Part shown: piece by piece, positions 1 to 10,278 of the stretch
Position numbering within the stretch: position 1 is the first letter of the stretch
Layout: every line of letters starts with the position of its first letter
Source: a virus
IMG/VR virus record: IMGVR_UViG_3300023179_000040
Span: 42,613-106,612 of that record
DNA: 64,000 nt
Strand: one strand, 5' to 3'
Notes under the pieces: model-generated
Seen by the model: the letters and a program-made list of their open reading frames with translations, nothing else
Databases searched by the model: none
Told to the model about the DNA's origin: nothing
Position numbers and translations under genes: made by a program

Positions 1-2
1 GT

Positions 3-1631
3 GATGGGCCAGGATATACTGTTGGAGAAAAAATCTATTTACAAGGAGGTGGCGGCTCTGGTGGAATAATTGTGGTTACTAAGGTTGATGCTAATGGTAA
101 TATACTAGATTTTGCTATAGAGGGCAGCGGTTGCTGCTACACTTCTACCCCATTATTCTTTGATGAGAACGGCGCGACCATTGTTCCGACTCCCACCATT
201 AATTTTAGTAAGCTTATTGAGAATCCCATAGTAGTTATTGATTCTGGATCAGGATATGGAGATGCTAACAATCCATTAGTTATTAGAGATGATGCTACTG
301 GTACTATCATCGCTAATCCGGGCTTAACTATTTTAGATTTTACACAAAATATACCATTAGGCCCCAACGGGCCTATAGTAATTATTAACGCTGGTAGTTT
401 TCCTCCACCAGACTCTCCCATAAGTCCTCCAGAGCCTATTCCTTCAGATCTAAATATATGCTGTATAGAAACATCATATACTCAACCTCTTAGAGGCTCT
501 ATTGTTTGTTCAGGATCTATCACTAAGGACGTAGTAAGTAATTTAATTGGTAAATCTGGATTTGCATTAAATGAAAAAATATATGTAGAGTCCGCTAATG
601 GAGGTAATGGTGCTGGTGGTGTGATTCAAGTTACAGCAGTAAGTGGCAATATTATTACAGACTTTGTGGTATATAATGGAGGATGCTATTATTCTGATCC
701 TATAGCCTTAAGAAAGTCTAATGGTAGTATCATTACTAATGTTATCATAGATTATGATGCATTAACTGGCTCTCCCATAACAGTTATTGATCCGGGCGAT
801 ATTAAAGGAAATGGCTGTACCTCTTGCTGTGAAACTATTACTGGTTATGGTATTTGTCCTGATCCTGAAGATATAGTATTTTTTGATCATCTACAACCAG
901 ATTATGGTCCGCCTAGAACCCCCACACCTACGCCAACAGTTAGTCTAACGCCCTCTCCAACACCACCAGTATTATGCAATGATATTCAATCTGCTGGTGG
1001 TCAAAATGTAACATCTATTACAAAAATTATTAATGCTGCTGTAGCTGGTCAGAATTATTTAATTATTAAAGATGTTGATGGTTTGAGTAAAAATACTGTT
1101 GTTAATGCCGATGGTATACCTGCTGGTACATATATTACTGAAATAATTAATTGGTTTTCAGATTTTGATAATCGCGTAGTCAATAAAAAAATCTTTTTAA
1201 GTAATGCTATTACAAAAAATATATCCACCAATACAGATTTAAATTTATATTTTGTTGATATCAGATTGATTCAAGTACCTTATTGGCCAGGAGTTATGAC
1301 TTTTGATTATGATGCCTATAGTGTTCCAGACAGATTTTTAGTTTTTGCTGTGCCGTTAGATAGTAGATTAAACGATGTTTTACTATTTGATAGTAGATAT
1401 AGAGGAGCAGCAACTTGCGGCTATGCAGATAGTATAAGTGGAACGGGAAGAGGCTCAGTTAATTTAAATAAGCCAGATGGATGTACATACATTAAGGTTA
1501 TAGTAGAAGCCCCATGCGAGGGAACAGCTTGGGAATATGCCTTATCTTGTCCACAAAGAACATTTACTACCGTGAGTAGCACCCCTACTGTTACCCCAAC
1601 TATAACACCAACCCCATCCTCATTACCTTAA
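3..1631 (+). CDS. Virion fibre/decoration-like protein, Cys-rich with T/P linker (5' truncated by window edge)
   Basis: Frame is open from position 3 (DGPGYTVGEKIYLQGGGGSGG...). Repeated GxGG-I-x-VT-x-V...DF...GG/GC-YY units, T/P tract, C-terminal YDAYSVPDRF...TAWEY domain. Confidence 0.6.
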   Translation, partial: DGPGYTVGEKIYLQGGGGSGGIIVVTKVDANGNILDFAIEGSGCCYTSTPLFFDENGATIVPTPTINFSKLIENPIVVIDSGSGYGDANNPLVIRDDATGTIIANPGLTILDFTQNIPLGPNGPIVIINAGSFPPPDSPISPPEPIPSDLNICCIETSYTQPLRGSIVCSGSITKDVVSNLIGKSGFALNEKIYVESANGGNGAGGVIQVTAVSGNIITDFVVYNGGCYYSDPIALRKSNGSIITNVIIDYDALTGSPITVIDPGDIKGNGCTSCCETITGYGICPDPEDIVFFDHLQPDYGPPRTPTPTPTVSLTPSPTPPVLCNDIQSAGGQNVTSITKIINAAVAGQNYLIIKDVDGLSKNTVVNADGIPAGTYITEIINWFSDFDNRVVNKKIFLSNAITKNISTNTDLNLYFVDIRLIQVPYWPGVMTFDYDAYSVPDRFLVFAVPLDSRLNDVLLFDSRYRGAATCGYADSISGTGRGSVNLNKPDGCTYIKVIVEAPCEGTAWEYALSCPQRTFTTVSSTPTVTPTITPTPSSLP

Positions 1632-1638
1632 TTAAGCC

Positions 1639-2832
1639 ATGAATCCAAACTATTTATTATTTAAAGTATCTGTTTTACAACATGCTACAGAAGGAACTAA
1701 TTGTTCCTATGCTGAAGATATATTGACGGTTGTTTGTAATCCTCAACCAACACCAACATGTACTAATACTCCAACATCTAGCAATACTCCTACACCAACT
1801 CCATCTATCACTGCTACAGCTACAGTAACACCATCTATCACTCCTACTATAAGTATAACTCCATCGATTACTGCTACTGTTAGTTTAACACCATCTATAA
1901 CTCCTACTAATACTCAAACACCTACTCCTACAACAACACCGACTCCAACACTACCTCCAGTCATTCCACCACTACAGAGCATATCTATTGATAATGATCT
2001 AGTTTGGTTATTCAACACTAACGAATATCCTGTTTTGATTCAATCTCAAAGATCAGATACTAATGGAATGTCTTGGCAAGATATTGGCCCGTTTGTGAAT
2101 GTTGTTGCAAATGGATCGTCGTCTATATTCTATAACGGCGATACTAATACAAAGTATAGATCCAGAGCATTTTCTCTAGGCGCAGGAACCTTATCTAGCC
2201 CATGGTCTAATGTATATATCTATACCAATCCAGATGCTATAGCTGCACCTATTATTAATTATGACTTTAATACCTCATATTTATATATTTTTAATGTTAA
2301 TGATGTTTTAGTAAATATGATCATTGAAAAATCTGAAGATGGTATAGTTTGGCAATATGCATTGAGTACATCAGAAAGTATAAATGCTAACACTAATAAG
2401 TCTTTTACAATATCAGGAACTCCTTATACTAAATTCAGAGCTTTATATTTTAGTGCTGGTTTAGGATATTCGGTCAGCTCATGGAGTTATACTGATCTAA
2501 TTCTACCAACACCGACTTCAACACGAACTCCGACTCCTACTATTACTCCAACTAGTACTTCTAATTTTATTAATAGCTTAACAATATTGTCTGGATCTAA
2601 CTATATTTCTGGTAATGGATTAACTTTTAGTGGTAATACAGGAGATAGAATTGAATATATAGCACAAAATGGGTATGATTTACCATCCACTATGAATATT
2701 AGTGTTGGTGGTATTATCAAAGCCACAGTAATATTCCCAGCATCAATTTATAATAATAAATTATTTAAAGTTACTATTAGCGGTATTCCATATATAGGCA
2801 ATTTTATTGCTGGAAATATTAATTTTATTTAA
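1639..2832 (+). CDS. T/P-linker virion protein with two FN3-like repeats
   Basis: TPT tracts flank two similar units (LFNTN...RSxxNGxSW...YRSRA...SPWS / IFNVN...KSEDGIVW...FRAL...SSWS). Confidence 0.6.
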   Translation: MNPNYLLFKVSVLQHATEGTNCSYAEDILTVVCNPQPTPTCTNTPTSSNTPTPTPSITATATVTPSITPTISITPSITATVSLTPSITPTNTQTPTPTTTPTPTLPPVIPPLQSISIDNDLVWLFNTNEYPVLIQSQRSDTNGMSWQDIGPFVNVVANGSSSIFYNGDTNTKYRSRAFSLGAGTLSSPWSNVYIYTNPDAIAAPIINYDFNTSYLYIFNVNDVLVNMIIEKSEDGIVWQYALSTSESINANTNKSFTISGTPYTKFRALYFSAGLGYSVSSWSYTDLILPTPTSTRTPTPTITPTSTSNFINSLTILSGSNYISGNGLTFSGNTGDRIEYIAQNGYDLPSTMNISVGGIIKATVIFPASIYNNKLFKVTISGIPYIGNFIAGNINFI

Positions 2833-2848
2833 TTAAAGGAAATAATTC

Positions 2849-4954
2849 ATGGTATATCCTACTGGAAATAATAGTGCAAATTATAATTCTTGTGCTAATT
2901 GGGATGGTTCGATAAATGGCAATGTTACTACTGTTGGAAGTAATGGTGGGCCATCTGCTTATGGTACTTATGACCAGAGCGGTAACGTTAATGAATGCGT
3001 TATATCATCAAACCAAAGTTATTTGTTCGGTGGTGATTTTAATGACCCCGATTTCTATTTATCTGCTGCTGCTGCAACTCCAGTAGCACCATTTGCTACA
3101 TATACATTAGGATCTCCTAGCATGGGTTTTCGTTTAGCGTCATTATTAGACATTTATAGCTATAGTAGTTTTGTTGCGGTAGGAGATGCATCTAATCTTA
3201 ATAATATCTATGGATGTGGATTTGTCCCTTATGCCTATAAAATAGGTCAATATACAGTAACTGTTTGTGAATATGTTGAGTTTTTAAATTCTATAGCAAA
3301 AACAGATACTAATAAAGTATATGATATTAATATGGCTAGTGATAGATGCGGGATATTAAGATCTGGAACACCTGGTAATTATATATATGATATTCGCTCC
3401 ACATATGCTAATAAACCAGTTGTTTATGTTAGTGTTATGAATATGTTGAGATATTGTAATTGGCTACACAATAGAAAGCTATCTGGTACACAGGATGAAA
3501 CTACAACAGAGGACGGTGCATATTATATATCGCCGCTCGCAGTAATTCAACAAAGACCTAATCCCCTGTATAGACTGCCAACAGTAAATGAATGGCATAA
3601 AGCAGCTTATTACAAGGGTGGTGGTACTAACGCTGGTTATTGGACTTATGCTACTCAAACAGACACAGCCCCAATATGTGTAACGGCAAATTCCAATGGC
3701 GATGGACCTTTCTTGTCCAATTATATATGCTCTTATGTTGTTCCTGGTCCTACTCCAACACCTACTAATACCGTAACACCATCAGAAACACCAACAAATA
3801 CTCCTACGCCAACTGTTACTCCAACCAACACAATCACTCCGACAGTCACCCCAACTAATACCGTAACACGAACAAATACTCCAACACCTACTGTTACTCC
3901 AACTGTTACTCCAACCAACACAATCACTCCGACAGTCACCCCAACTAATACAAGAACTCCAACCGTTACTCCTACTAATACCGTAACACCATCAGAAACA
4001 CCAACAAATACTCCTACGCCAACTGTTACTCCAACCAACACAATCACTCCGACAGTCACCCCAACTAATACCGTAACACCAACAGTGACAAAAACACCTA
4101 CTCATACTCCAAGAATAACGAGCACACCAACACCGTCACCAACCAAACCTGTACCCCCCACAATGATTACTCAAAAACTTCAATTTGTTAAATATTTAGG
4201 ACAATCTGATATAGAAATATCTTCATTATCCAGTAATATATTGAATCAAATAGACACTATATACTATATTGACAATCAATCTTCATGGCTCTCATGGAGT
4301 GCTAACGGAATCAATAGTTTAAGCTCTTTACAAAGATATAAAACATATTTAATTATTAGCAAAAATAGTAATCCTAATTATAGTCTATATAGCAATACAG
4401 ATATATTGGATTCAACATCATTTACTATTCTTAATAAAAATATTTCTATAGAAACTTATCGAGGACATAGCTCTTTGATTATTAATAATGCATCATGGAA
4501 GAATAATATTAATAAAATTATAGGATTAAATAGCACTAGTTCGTCGTATATTAGTTGGGATTCATTAATACCAGCTAATCTGAATAGTCTAATGTCTTTA
4601 GAACCGAATAATGGATATATCTTTTTTGCAAATACAACACCCATAGTATTATGGTCAGAGACTTTAAGATCAATTAATAATTGGACATATAGATATAATA
4701 ATTTTTTGTCTTTAAGATTCATACCTAATACATTTGAATCCACCATAGAACTATCTGTACCAATGGTGGACACTTTAGATCTTCCTTCTGTTGGAACACC
4801 AGCTCCACTACCGTCTACTTGTGTAGTAACCAGAAATGGTAGTAAAATTGGAGATTTACTATTTATACCAGCATATAATGGTAAAAATATAACAGCTATT
4901 ATCAGTGGAATATCATATTCATCCACTATTAATAATGGTCAAATTAATTTTTAA
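2849..4954 (+). CDS. FGE-sulfatase (CLec-fold) domain protein, circularly permuted, with long T/P linker
   Basis: Motifs [49 protein letters not shown]; AAGGA RBS upstream. Confidence 0.75.
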   Translation: MVYPTGNNSANYNSCANWDGSINGNVTTVGSNGGPSAYGTYDQSGNVNECVISSNQSYLFGGDFNDPDFYLSAAAATPVAPFATYTLGSPSMGFRLASLLDIYSYSSFVAVGDASNLNNIYGCGFVPYAYKIGQYTVTVCEYVEFLNSIAKTDTNKVYDINMASDRCGILRSGTPGNYIYDIRSTYANKPVVYVSVMNMLRYCNWLHNRKLSGTQDETTTEDGAYYISPLAVIQQRPNPLYRLPTVNEWHKAAYYKGGGTNAGYWTYATQTDTAPICVTANSNGDGPFLSNYICSYVVPGPTPTPTNTVTPSETPTNTPTPTVTPTNTITPTVTPTNTVTRTNTPTPTVTPTVTPTNTITPTVTPTNTRTPTVTPTNTVTPSETPTNTPTPTVTPTNTITPTVTPTNTVTPTVTKTPTHTPRITSTPTPSPTKPVPPTMITQKLQFVKYLGQSDIEISSLSSNILNQIDTIYYIDNQSSWLSWSANGINSLSSLQRYKTYLIISKNSNPNYSLYSNTDILDSTSFTILNKNISIETYRGHSSLIINNASWKNNINKIIGLNSTSSSYISWDSLIPANLNSLMSLEPNNGYIFFANTTPIVLWSETLRSINNWTYRYNNFLSLRFIPNTFESTIELSVPMVDTLDLPSVGTPAPLPSTCVVTRNGSKIGDLLFIPAYNGKNITAIISGISYSSTINNGQINF
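3745..4160 (+). repeat. Coding tandem repeat (T-[VI]-T-P-T-N units)
   Basis: Degenerate 12-30 nt units with a ~120 nt higher-order repeat. Confidence 0.9.
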
Positions 4955-4961
4955 TAACATC

Positions 4962-4976
4962 GGTGTATATTACTAT
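4962..4976 (+). promoter_or_regulatory. Putative phage-specific promoter GGTGTAT-N5-TAT
   Basis: GGTGTATATTACTAT, intergenic, 54 nt before the ORF at 5016; motif recurs in other intergenic gaps. Confidence 0.65.
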
Positions 4977-5015
4977 CGCTAACCATATATTCTTATATTA
5001 TAAAGAGGCGCTAAA

Positions 5016-6089
5016 ATGTTGATTAATAATGAATTTGCTATAGAGAGATACAACGGTCAATATGCTCTAACTTTATTATCCGCTCCCGCAGGAATGGATA
5101 GTGCTACTCAGCAACAGTATACGTCTTTTATGAGTAATATTGTTACTATATATGGTAGTCAAAATGAACAAGGCGCTGTTCCTGTTTTTTTCAAAAATAG
5201 TTCTGGCGCCCCTAGTTCTAGTAGCACTCTTACTCAATTAGAATCTGGTCAAGAATATTATTTTATTTCCAAAAATACAGCAGTATTTCCATATGCTATT
5301 CCCGCTATCGGCGGACCAGCAACAGCGTCATGCCCCACTTTACCAACATGCTGCCCATATATTAATTTTACATCTAACAATGTTACATTATCAGGGCCGC
5401 CAGAAAATATTTATGCTTATCTTACTGCTAATATTAGCGGATTAGAGCCAGGAAAAGAATATAGGTACTCTTTTGAATCAGTAGCGGCTAATTGGCCATC
5501 TAGAGTTAGTCCAATAAGTGGAACATTTATTCCTATGTCTTATAGCGATACTATTGATGCTGTATTTCGTTTTTGTCCAGAATCTGGTAATTGCACTGAA
5601 TATTGGCAATATACTGCTGATACTAATCTTAACAAAGATTATAGTCAAAAAAATATTTTTTCATCTGTTAAAATCAAACTATATCCTACAGAAGGATCAG
5701 ATTGTGATGTTATGAGTGATATGGTAACTGTAAAGTGCAATAAATGTTTGCCTGGAGGATTATACTATAGACCCAAACCATCTATTGCTGGATCTCCAAA
5801 ATTATCTTTAACCGCTGGATGTTGTGCTAATCCTATTCCTTTAACTATTAATATTACCGGGGCTGAACCAGGTAAAAATTATACTTTTAATGTACAAGCT
5901 TGGCCAGATACTGTAGCGGTTAGTCCAGCTACTGGTATTAGTAGTTTTGGTGATGGAACTGGTAAAATATTATCTATGGTTAGTATGAGCGGTATCCCTA
6001 GTAGTGTTGTTAAATTTGTATTAAATGATAATGTTACTGGAGAAAGTTTCGTTGATTTTACCAGTATAGTATGCAACTCTAGTTGTTAA
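5016..6089 (+). CDS. Cys-rich virion protein with two Ig-like repeats
   Basis: Repeats NISGLEPGKEY...VSP and NITGAEPGKNY...VSP; CC motifs. Confidence 0.55.
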   Translation: MLINNEFAIERYNGQYALTLLSAPAGMDSATQQQYTSFMSNIVTIYGSQNEQGAVPVFFKNSSGAPSSSSTLTQLESGQEYYFISKNTAVFPYAIPAIGGPATASCPTLPTCCPYINFTSNNVTLSGPPENIYAYLTANISGLEPGKEYRYSFESVAANWPSRVSPISGTFIPMSYSDTIDAVFRFCPESGNCTEYWQYTADTNLNKDYSQKNIFSSVKIKLYPTEGSDCDVMSDMVTVKCNKCLPGGLYYRPKPSIAGSPKLSLTAGCCANPIPLTINITGAEPGKNYTFNVQAWPDTVAVSPATGISSFGDGTGKILSMVSMSGIPSSVVKFVLNDNVTGESFVDFTSIVCNSSC

Positions 6090-6121
6090 TTTATAGGAAT
6101 TTTAGTATCATAGGATAGAGT

Positions 6122-8266
6122 ATGCCATATGTTGTTCCTAGTCCAACGGTTACACCAACATCATCAGTTACTCCGTCTGTAACTCCTACACATAGTATTA
6201 CACCAACAGTTACACAGACCAATCGTATCAGATATCATAAAACTAATTTGCCAGATACTGTAAATATTGATTGTATTGATGATTGTACAGTGCAAAATTT
6301 TACAGGATATGGATCTGATCGATCAGTATCATTGAGCTGGGAGCTTGATTCTTATTGCTCTAGTTTAGTTAAAAACTTTACTATAGAATATAAATTATCT
6401 GGAGCATCAAGTTGGACTTTTTATAGTAATGCAACTAATACAGATAGAAGTATTATTGTAAATAATTTAATTAATAATTATGCATATATTTTTAAATTAT
6501 CTATGATTAGATATAGTAGTAGCGTATCTTCTAGCTATTGTAGCGTTGTAATATCTCCTTCTGAGTCAAAAACCCCCACACCAACCGTTACTCAAACAGT
6601 TACTCCAACACATAGTTTAACTCCATCTGTTACTCCAACTAACACAAGTACTCCAACTGTTACTCCAACCAACACAATCACTCCGACAGTCACCCCAACT
6701 AATACAAGAACTCCAACCGTTACTCCTACTAATACCGTAACACCATCAGAAACACCAACAAATACTCCTACGCCAACTGTTACTCCAACCAACACAATCA
6801 CTCCGACAGTCACCCCAACTAACACAAGTACTCCAACCGTTACTCCTACTAATACCGTAACACCATCAGAAACACCAACAAATACTCCTACGCCAACTGT
6901 TACTCCTACTAACACAGTAACTCCCACTAACACTGTTACCCCAACTAATACTGTGACTCCAACCAACACAATCACTCCGACAGTCACCCCAACTAACACA
7001 AGTACTCCAACCGTTACTCCTACTAATACCGTAACACCAACAAATGCTCCTACTAATACCGTAACACCAACAAATACTCCTACGCCAACTGTTACTCCTA
7101 CTAACACAGTAACTCCCACTAACACTGTTACCCCAACTAATACTGTGACTCCAACCAACACAAGTACTCCAATTGATACCGTAAAACCAACAAATACTCC
7201 AACACCTACAGTTACTCCAACACATAGTTTAACTCCATCTGTTACTCCAACTAACACAGCTACTCCAACTAACACAAGTACTCCAACTGTTACTCCTACT
7301 AATACCGTAACACCATCAGAAACACCAATGCCGCCGCCATCACAAACTCCAATCCTCGAGTTTCCAACTCCTACGCCGCAGGCACCACAACCTCCGGTGC
7401 CGGTGCCGTGCGACTGTACTTTGCCACAAAGTATTAATCAATATTATATATATGACAGCAATGGTAACCCAGCTCCAAATTCTTTTGCCGAATTATATAG
7501 TAAGTGTACTGTTTATGCTGCAGGAGGATTTGCACGGTGTGAGTTTGTCGGATTTCCTTGTCATTATTTTGGTGATGATGTAGGGTTAAATGGCGGAGAT
7601 TGTATATTAAAATGGACATACGGATATTTAGATACTAAAATAGGTTCTACATTTTTAGCCAGAGGTATATTCAGTATGACTTTTGAAGGATATAGCTTAA
7701 GTAAAATTAAAATATATGAGTGTACCGGGAAAACCTGGACAGATGTTTCTGAACAAGCATTGTCACCCGAATTTGGTAGTACTGTTCCTTTTATTAATGG
7801 GTGGTGGTGGAATGATTTTGAAAGACCATCTGCTGCTCCGGGAGGTGATGTATCTCCACCGATTACTATTCCGTTAACGCCGCCGTGCTGCGTGCCCAAT
7901 GCTCCTTGTGATGGTGATTGCTATAATCTTTTCGGAGCGTCAATTTGTGACGATTGTCCACCAGGATATACTAATAATGGAATGAATTGTAATTATCCAT
8001 GTATTAAAAATTGTGAATGTTGTTTATGTGATATTCCGAATAATAATCTTGTTTCAGTAAGTATAGAAGAATTTAATTTAAGTAATGGACCAGAAGTATG
8101 CGTTTCAGATATTGAATTATTTACAAGTCCTTCCGGATCAGGTACTATTTATTGTGGTCATGCTTTAGATCTAAATGCCTTTTCCATTATTTGGACAGAT
8201 TCTGGTAATACAGACTCTAATGGGAATAGTGTATATGATGTTATGAAAACAAAAAAATATGTATAA
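6122..8266 (+). CDS. Modular fibre-like protein: FN3 domain, ~250 aa T/P stalk, Cys-rich C-terminal domains
   Basis: FN3-like VSLSW...IEYK...W...VNNL...YIFK; long TPTNT tract; PCDC...PPCC Cys-rich tail. Confidence 0.7.
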   Translation: MPYVVPSPTVTPTSSVTPSVTPTHSITPTVTQTNRIRYHKTNLPDTVNIDCIDDCTVQNFTGYGSDRSVSLSWELDSYCSSLVKNFTIEYKLSGASSWTFYSNATNTDRSIIVNNLINNYAYIFKLSMIRYSSSVSSSYCSVVISPSESKTPTPTVTQTVTPTHSLTPSVTPTNTSTPTVTPTNTITPTVTPTNTRTPTVTPTNTVTPSETPTNTPTPTVTPTNTITPTVTPTNTSTPTVTPTNTVTPSETPTNTPTPTVTPTNTVTPTNTVTPTNTVTPTNTITPTVTPTNTSTPTVTPTNTVTPTNAPTNTVTPTNTPTPTVTPTNTVTPTNTVTPTNTVTPTNTSTPIDTVKPTNTPTPTVTPTHSLTPSVTPTNTATPTNTSTPTVTPTNTVTPSETPMPPPSQTPILEFPTPTPQAPQPPVPVPCDCTLPQSINQYYIYDSNGNPAPNSFAELYSKCTVYAAGGFARCEFVGFPCHYFGDDVGLNGGDCILKWTYGYLDTKIGSTFLARGIFSMTFEGYSLSKIKIYECTGKTWTDVSEQALSPEFGSTVPFINGWWWNDFERPSAAPGGDVSPPITIPLTPPCCVPNAPCDGDCYNLFGASICDDCPPGYTNNGMNCNYPCIKNCECCLCDIPNNNLVSVSIEEFNLSNGPEVCVSDIELFTSPSGSGTIYCGHALDLNAFSIIWTDSGNTDSNGNSVYDVMKTKKYV
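6570..7325 (+). repeat. Coding T/P tandem repeat sharing identical blocks with repeats at ~3.9 kb and ~9.4 kb
   Basis: ~6651-6822 matches ~3897-4068; ~6893-7080 matches ~9380-9567. Confidence 0.9.
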
Positions 8267-8915
8267 TTTTAATTGTCAATTTAGAGAATCCGATAATAGT
8301 CCTTGTATTTGTAAATATCAATCGTTAAAATTAGGACATATAGTAAAAACATCTTCACTATTTTGTAATCATGAATGTCCGAAAAATGTTTATGAACAAG
8401 GAGAAGAAGATAAAGAATTTTTAATAAAGTGTTTTAATAGAAGATATAATCATGAATTTATAAATAAAGTAATAAATAAATTTGCTAAACAAACTAAACT
8501 TATAGTACCATCTATTTGGCCAGAAGTATTCCGCACTCTTTATGATATTTTGTCTCAAGAGTTATGGTTTGATGATATTGGGTTAACAGGATCCATAATA
8601 GTTGATGGAGTAGATAATCAAAAAGATATTGATATTGTAATAGGTATTAAAGACATAAATGAGTATATACAATGGTCAAAAAATAACTCATTACCAAACT
8701 ACATTAATAATATTAAAACAGATTATTATCTTTATGCAACTCCTATGGATCAAGCCAAAGAAACTATTTGTGGATCGTTTTTTTTATCTTTATGGCCAAA
8801 TAAAAAAATTATTTATACTAATGAATTATTTAAAAAAAATATAATTTTTCCAAATGATTATCAGGTATTTTATAATAATATTATCGATCAACTTTTTTAC
8901 AATATTGGTAAATAA
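8259..8915 (+). CDS. Pol-beta-fold minimal nucleotidyltransferase-like protein with Cys-rich N-terminus
   Basis: IGLTGS...KDIDIVI (GS plus DxD) and a downstream KTDYY third Asp; 8-nt overlap with the upstream gene. Confidence 0.55.
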   Translation: MYNFNCQFRESDNSPCICKYQSLKLGHIVKTSSLFCNHECPKNVYEQGEEDKEFLIKCFNRRYNHEFINKVINKFAKQTKLIVPSIWPEVFRTLYDILSQELWFDDIGLTGSIIVDGVDNQKDIDIVIGIKDINEYIQWSKNNSLPNYINNIKTDYYLYATPMDQAKETICGSFFLSLWPNKKIIYTNELFKKNIIFPNDYQVFYNNIIDQLFYNIGK

Positions 8916-8988
8916 ATGATAATGTTTCCAAAGAGAGTATAATTTCTAACAGTGGGGATCTCAAGCTTTAATAACTATTTACATACAT

Positions 8989-9003
8989 AGTGTATATAAT
9001 AGT
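8989..9003 (+). promoter_or_regulatory. Variant of phage promoter motif
   Basis: AGTGTATATAATAGT, 40 nt before the ORF at 9029. Confidence 0.45.
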
Positions 9004-9028
9004 AACTTTAAAAATTAATAAGTAATTT

Positions 9029-10195
9029 ATGATATTTAATAATACTAATTATATAGAATTTGCATATAACATTACTATTACCAATTTAACAATCGGAGAT
9101 GCCTATTCTATTAGTCTATCTTTGCTATCTGATTTTGCTCCAGAGCTAGCTTCTGTTAATCCTTCCACAATTTCTTTTATAGCTTCAGATTACTATCAGA
9201 ATATCTCTCTGCTAATAACTATGGATAAAAATGATCTACTAATACTAAAAATAGATAGCTTAAATACTACAAAAAATAAAAGAGATATTGATAGTGTTTT
9301 TATTAAATGTAGTGAAAGAAATTTATGTTCTCCTAGACCAACAAAAACACCGACAGTCACCCCAACTAACACAAGTACTCCAACTGTTACTCCTACTAAC
9401 ACAGTAACTCCCACTAACACTGTTACCCCAACTAATACTGTGACTCCAACCAACACAATCACTCCGACAGTCACCCCAACTAACACAAGTACTCCAACCG
9501 TTACTCCTACTAATACCGTAACACCAACAAATGCTCCTACTAATACCGTAACACCAACAAATACTCCACCTCTTTACACCACGCCGCCGCCACCTTGTTA
9601 TTGCAGATCTAATTGCACAATAAGCATGCCGGAGCCAGAAGGCAGCGAATCATGGAATTGGACGTTTTATTCTCAAGCGTTCTTAAATACGACGCCGCAA
9701 TCATTTTCACTGCAATCTGCTTACCAAGATTATTTGAGCGGATGTACCTACGTTTGGGTTTATTCGCACAGGCAGACGCTTGGCATTGATGATTTGTTCG
9801 TAGATGGGTGCCAAGCAAACGTTGGAGTGAACTTGCCAGGCAAAGGCTTTACTGGATTGTTGGGAATCGGGCGCGTCAAATTTCAATATCGTCTGATGCT
9901 ATGCCAAGACAACGTGTTTTTTGACATTACAGAAGACGCGCTAAGCGCGTGCGGTTATTCGGGCAGCACTCCTCAAAACGGGCCTCCATATACTAATCTT
10001 GTTTCGTCAAATTGTTTGAGCGGGGAGTATATGTGGTGGCAAACTAGCCAGGAGTCTGGTTTTGCCAGCGTTTCGGACGAGTTTTTGTACAAACGGTCGT
10101 GGTGTGACGGTAGCGTAGTGCTTGCACCAGAACGGCCGCCGTCGCCAGTAGGCACGCTCGATGTTGTTCCGACCCTTAATTGCGCAAACCCCTAG
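9029..10195 (+). CDS. Modular protein: Ig-like N-domain, T/P linker, high-GC Cys-rich C-terminal cassette
   Basis: ITNLTIGDAY N-domain; T/P tract; PCYC...LCQDNVFFDITEDALS C-domain. Confidence 0.7.
   Translation: MIFNNTNYIEFAYNITITNLTIGDAYSISLSLLSDFAPELASVNPSTISFIASDYYQNISLLITMDKNDLLILKIDSLNTTKNKRDIDSVFIKCSERNLCSPRPTKTPTVTPTNTSTPTVTPTNTVTPTNTVTPTNTVTPTNTITPTVTPTNTSTPTVTPTNTVTPTNAPTNTVTPTNTPPLYTTPPPPCYCRSNCTISMPEPEGSESWNWTFYSQAFLNTTPQSFSLQSAYQDYLSGCTYVWVYSHRQTLGIDDLFVDGCQANVGVNLPGKGFTGLLGIGRVKFQYRLMLCQDNVFFDITEDALSACGYSGSTPQNGPPYTNLVSSNCLSGEYMWWQTSQESGFASVSDEFLYKRSWCDGSVVLAPERPPSPVGTLDVVPTLNCANP
9345..9570 (+). repeat. Coding T/P repeat
   Basis: ~188 nt identical to 6893-7080. Confidence 0.9.
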
Positions 10196-10236
10196 CCGCT
10201 GCCATCACAAACTCCAATCCTCGCGTTTCCAACTCC
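10196..10236 (+). repeat. Dispersed 41-nt repeat (copy of 7331-7371)
   Basis: 39/41 identical; encodes PxPSQTPILxFPTP, in frame after the TAG of ORF 9029-10195. Confidence 0.9.
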
Positions 10237-10278
10237 AACACCAACCATTACGCCGACTACAACATACACAAATACGCC

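Noticed and set aside
3733-9486. Minus-strand VGVTV-rich ORFs (3733-4059, 6592-7275, 6866-7225, 9196-9486)
   Set aside because: Antisense shadows of the T/P repeats; no independent coding signal
3745-9570. CRISPR array
   Set aside because: Repeats are in-frame coding units without unique spacers; the Cas4-like gene sits in a replication operon with no other cas genes
10193-10195. Genome-wide TAG recoding
   Set aside because: 6-kb ORFs and all core enzymes are uninterrupted in code 11, and TAG ends normal-length genes (e.g. 50539-50904, 50927-53707)
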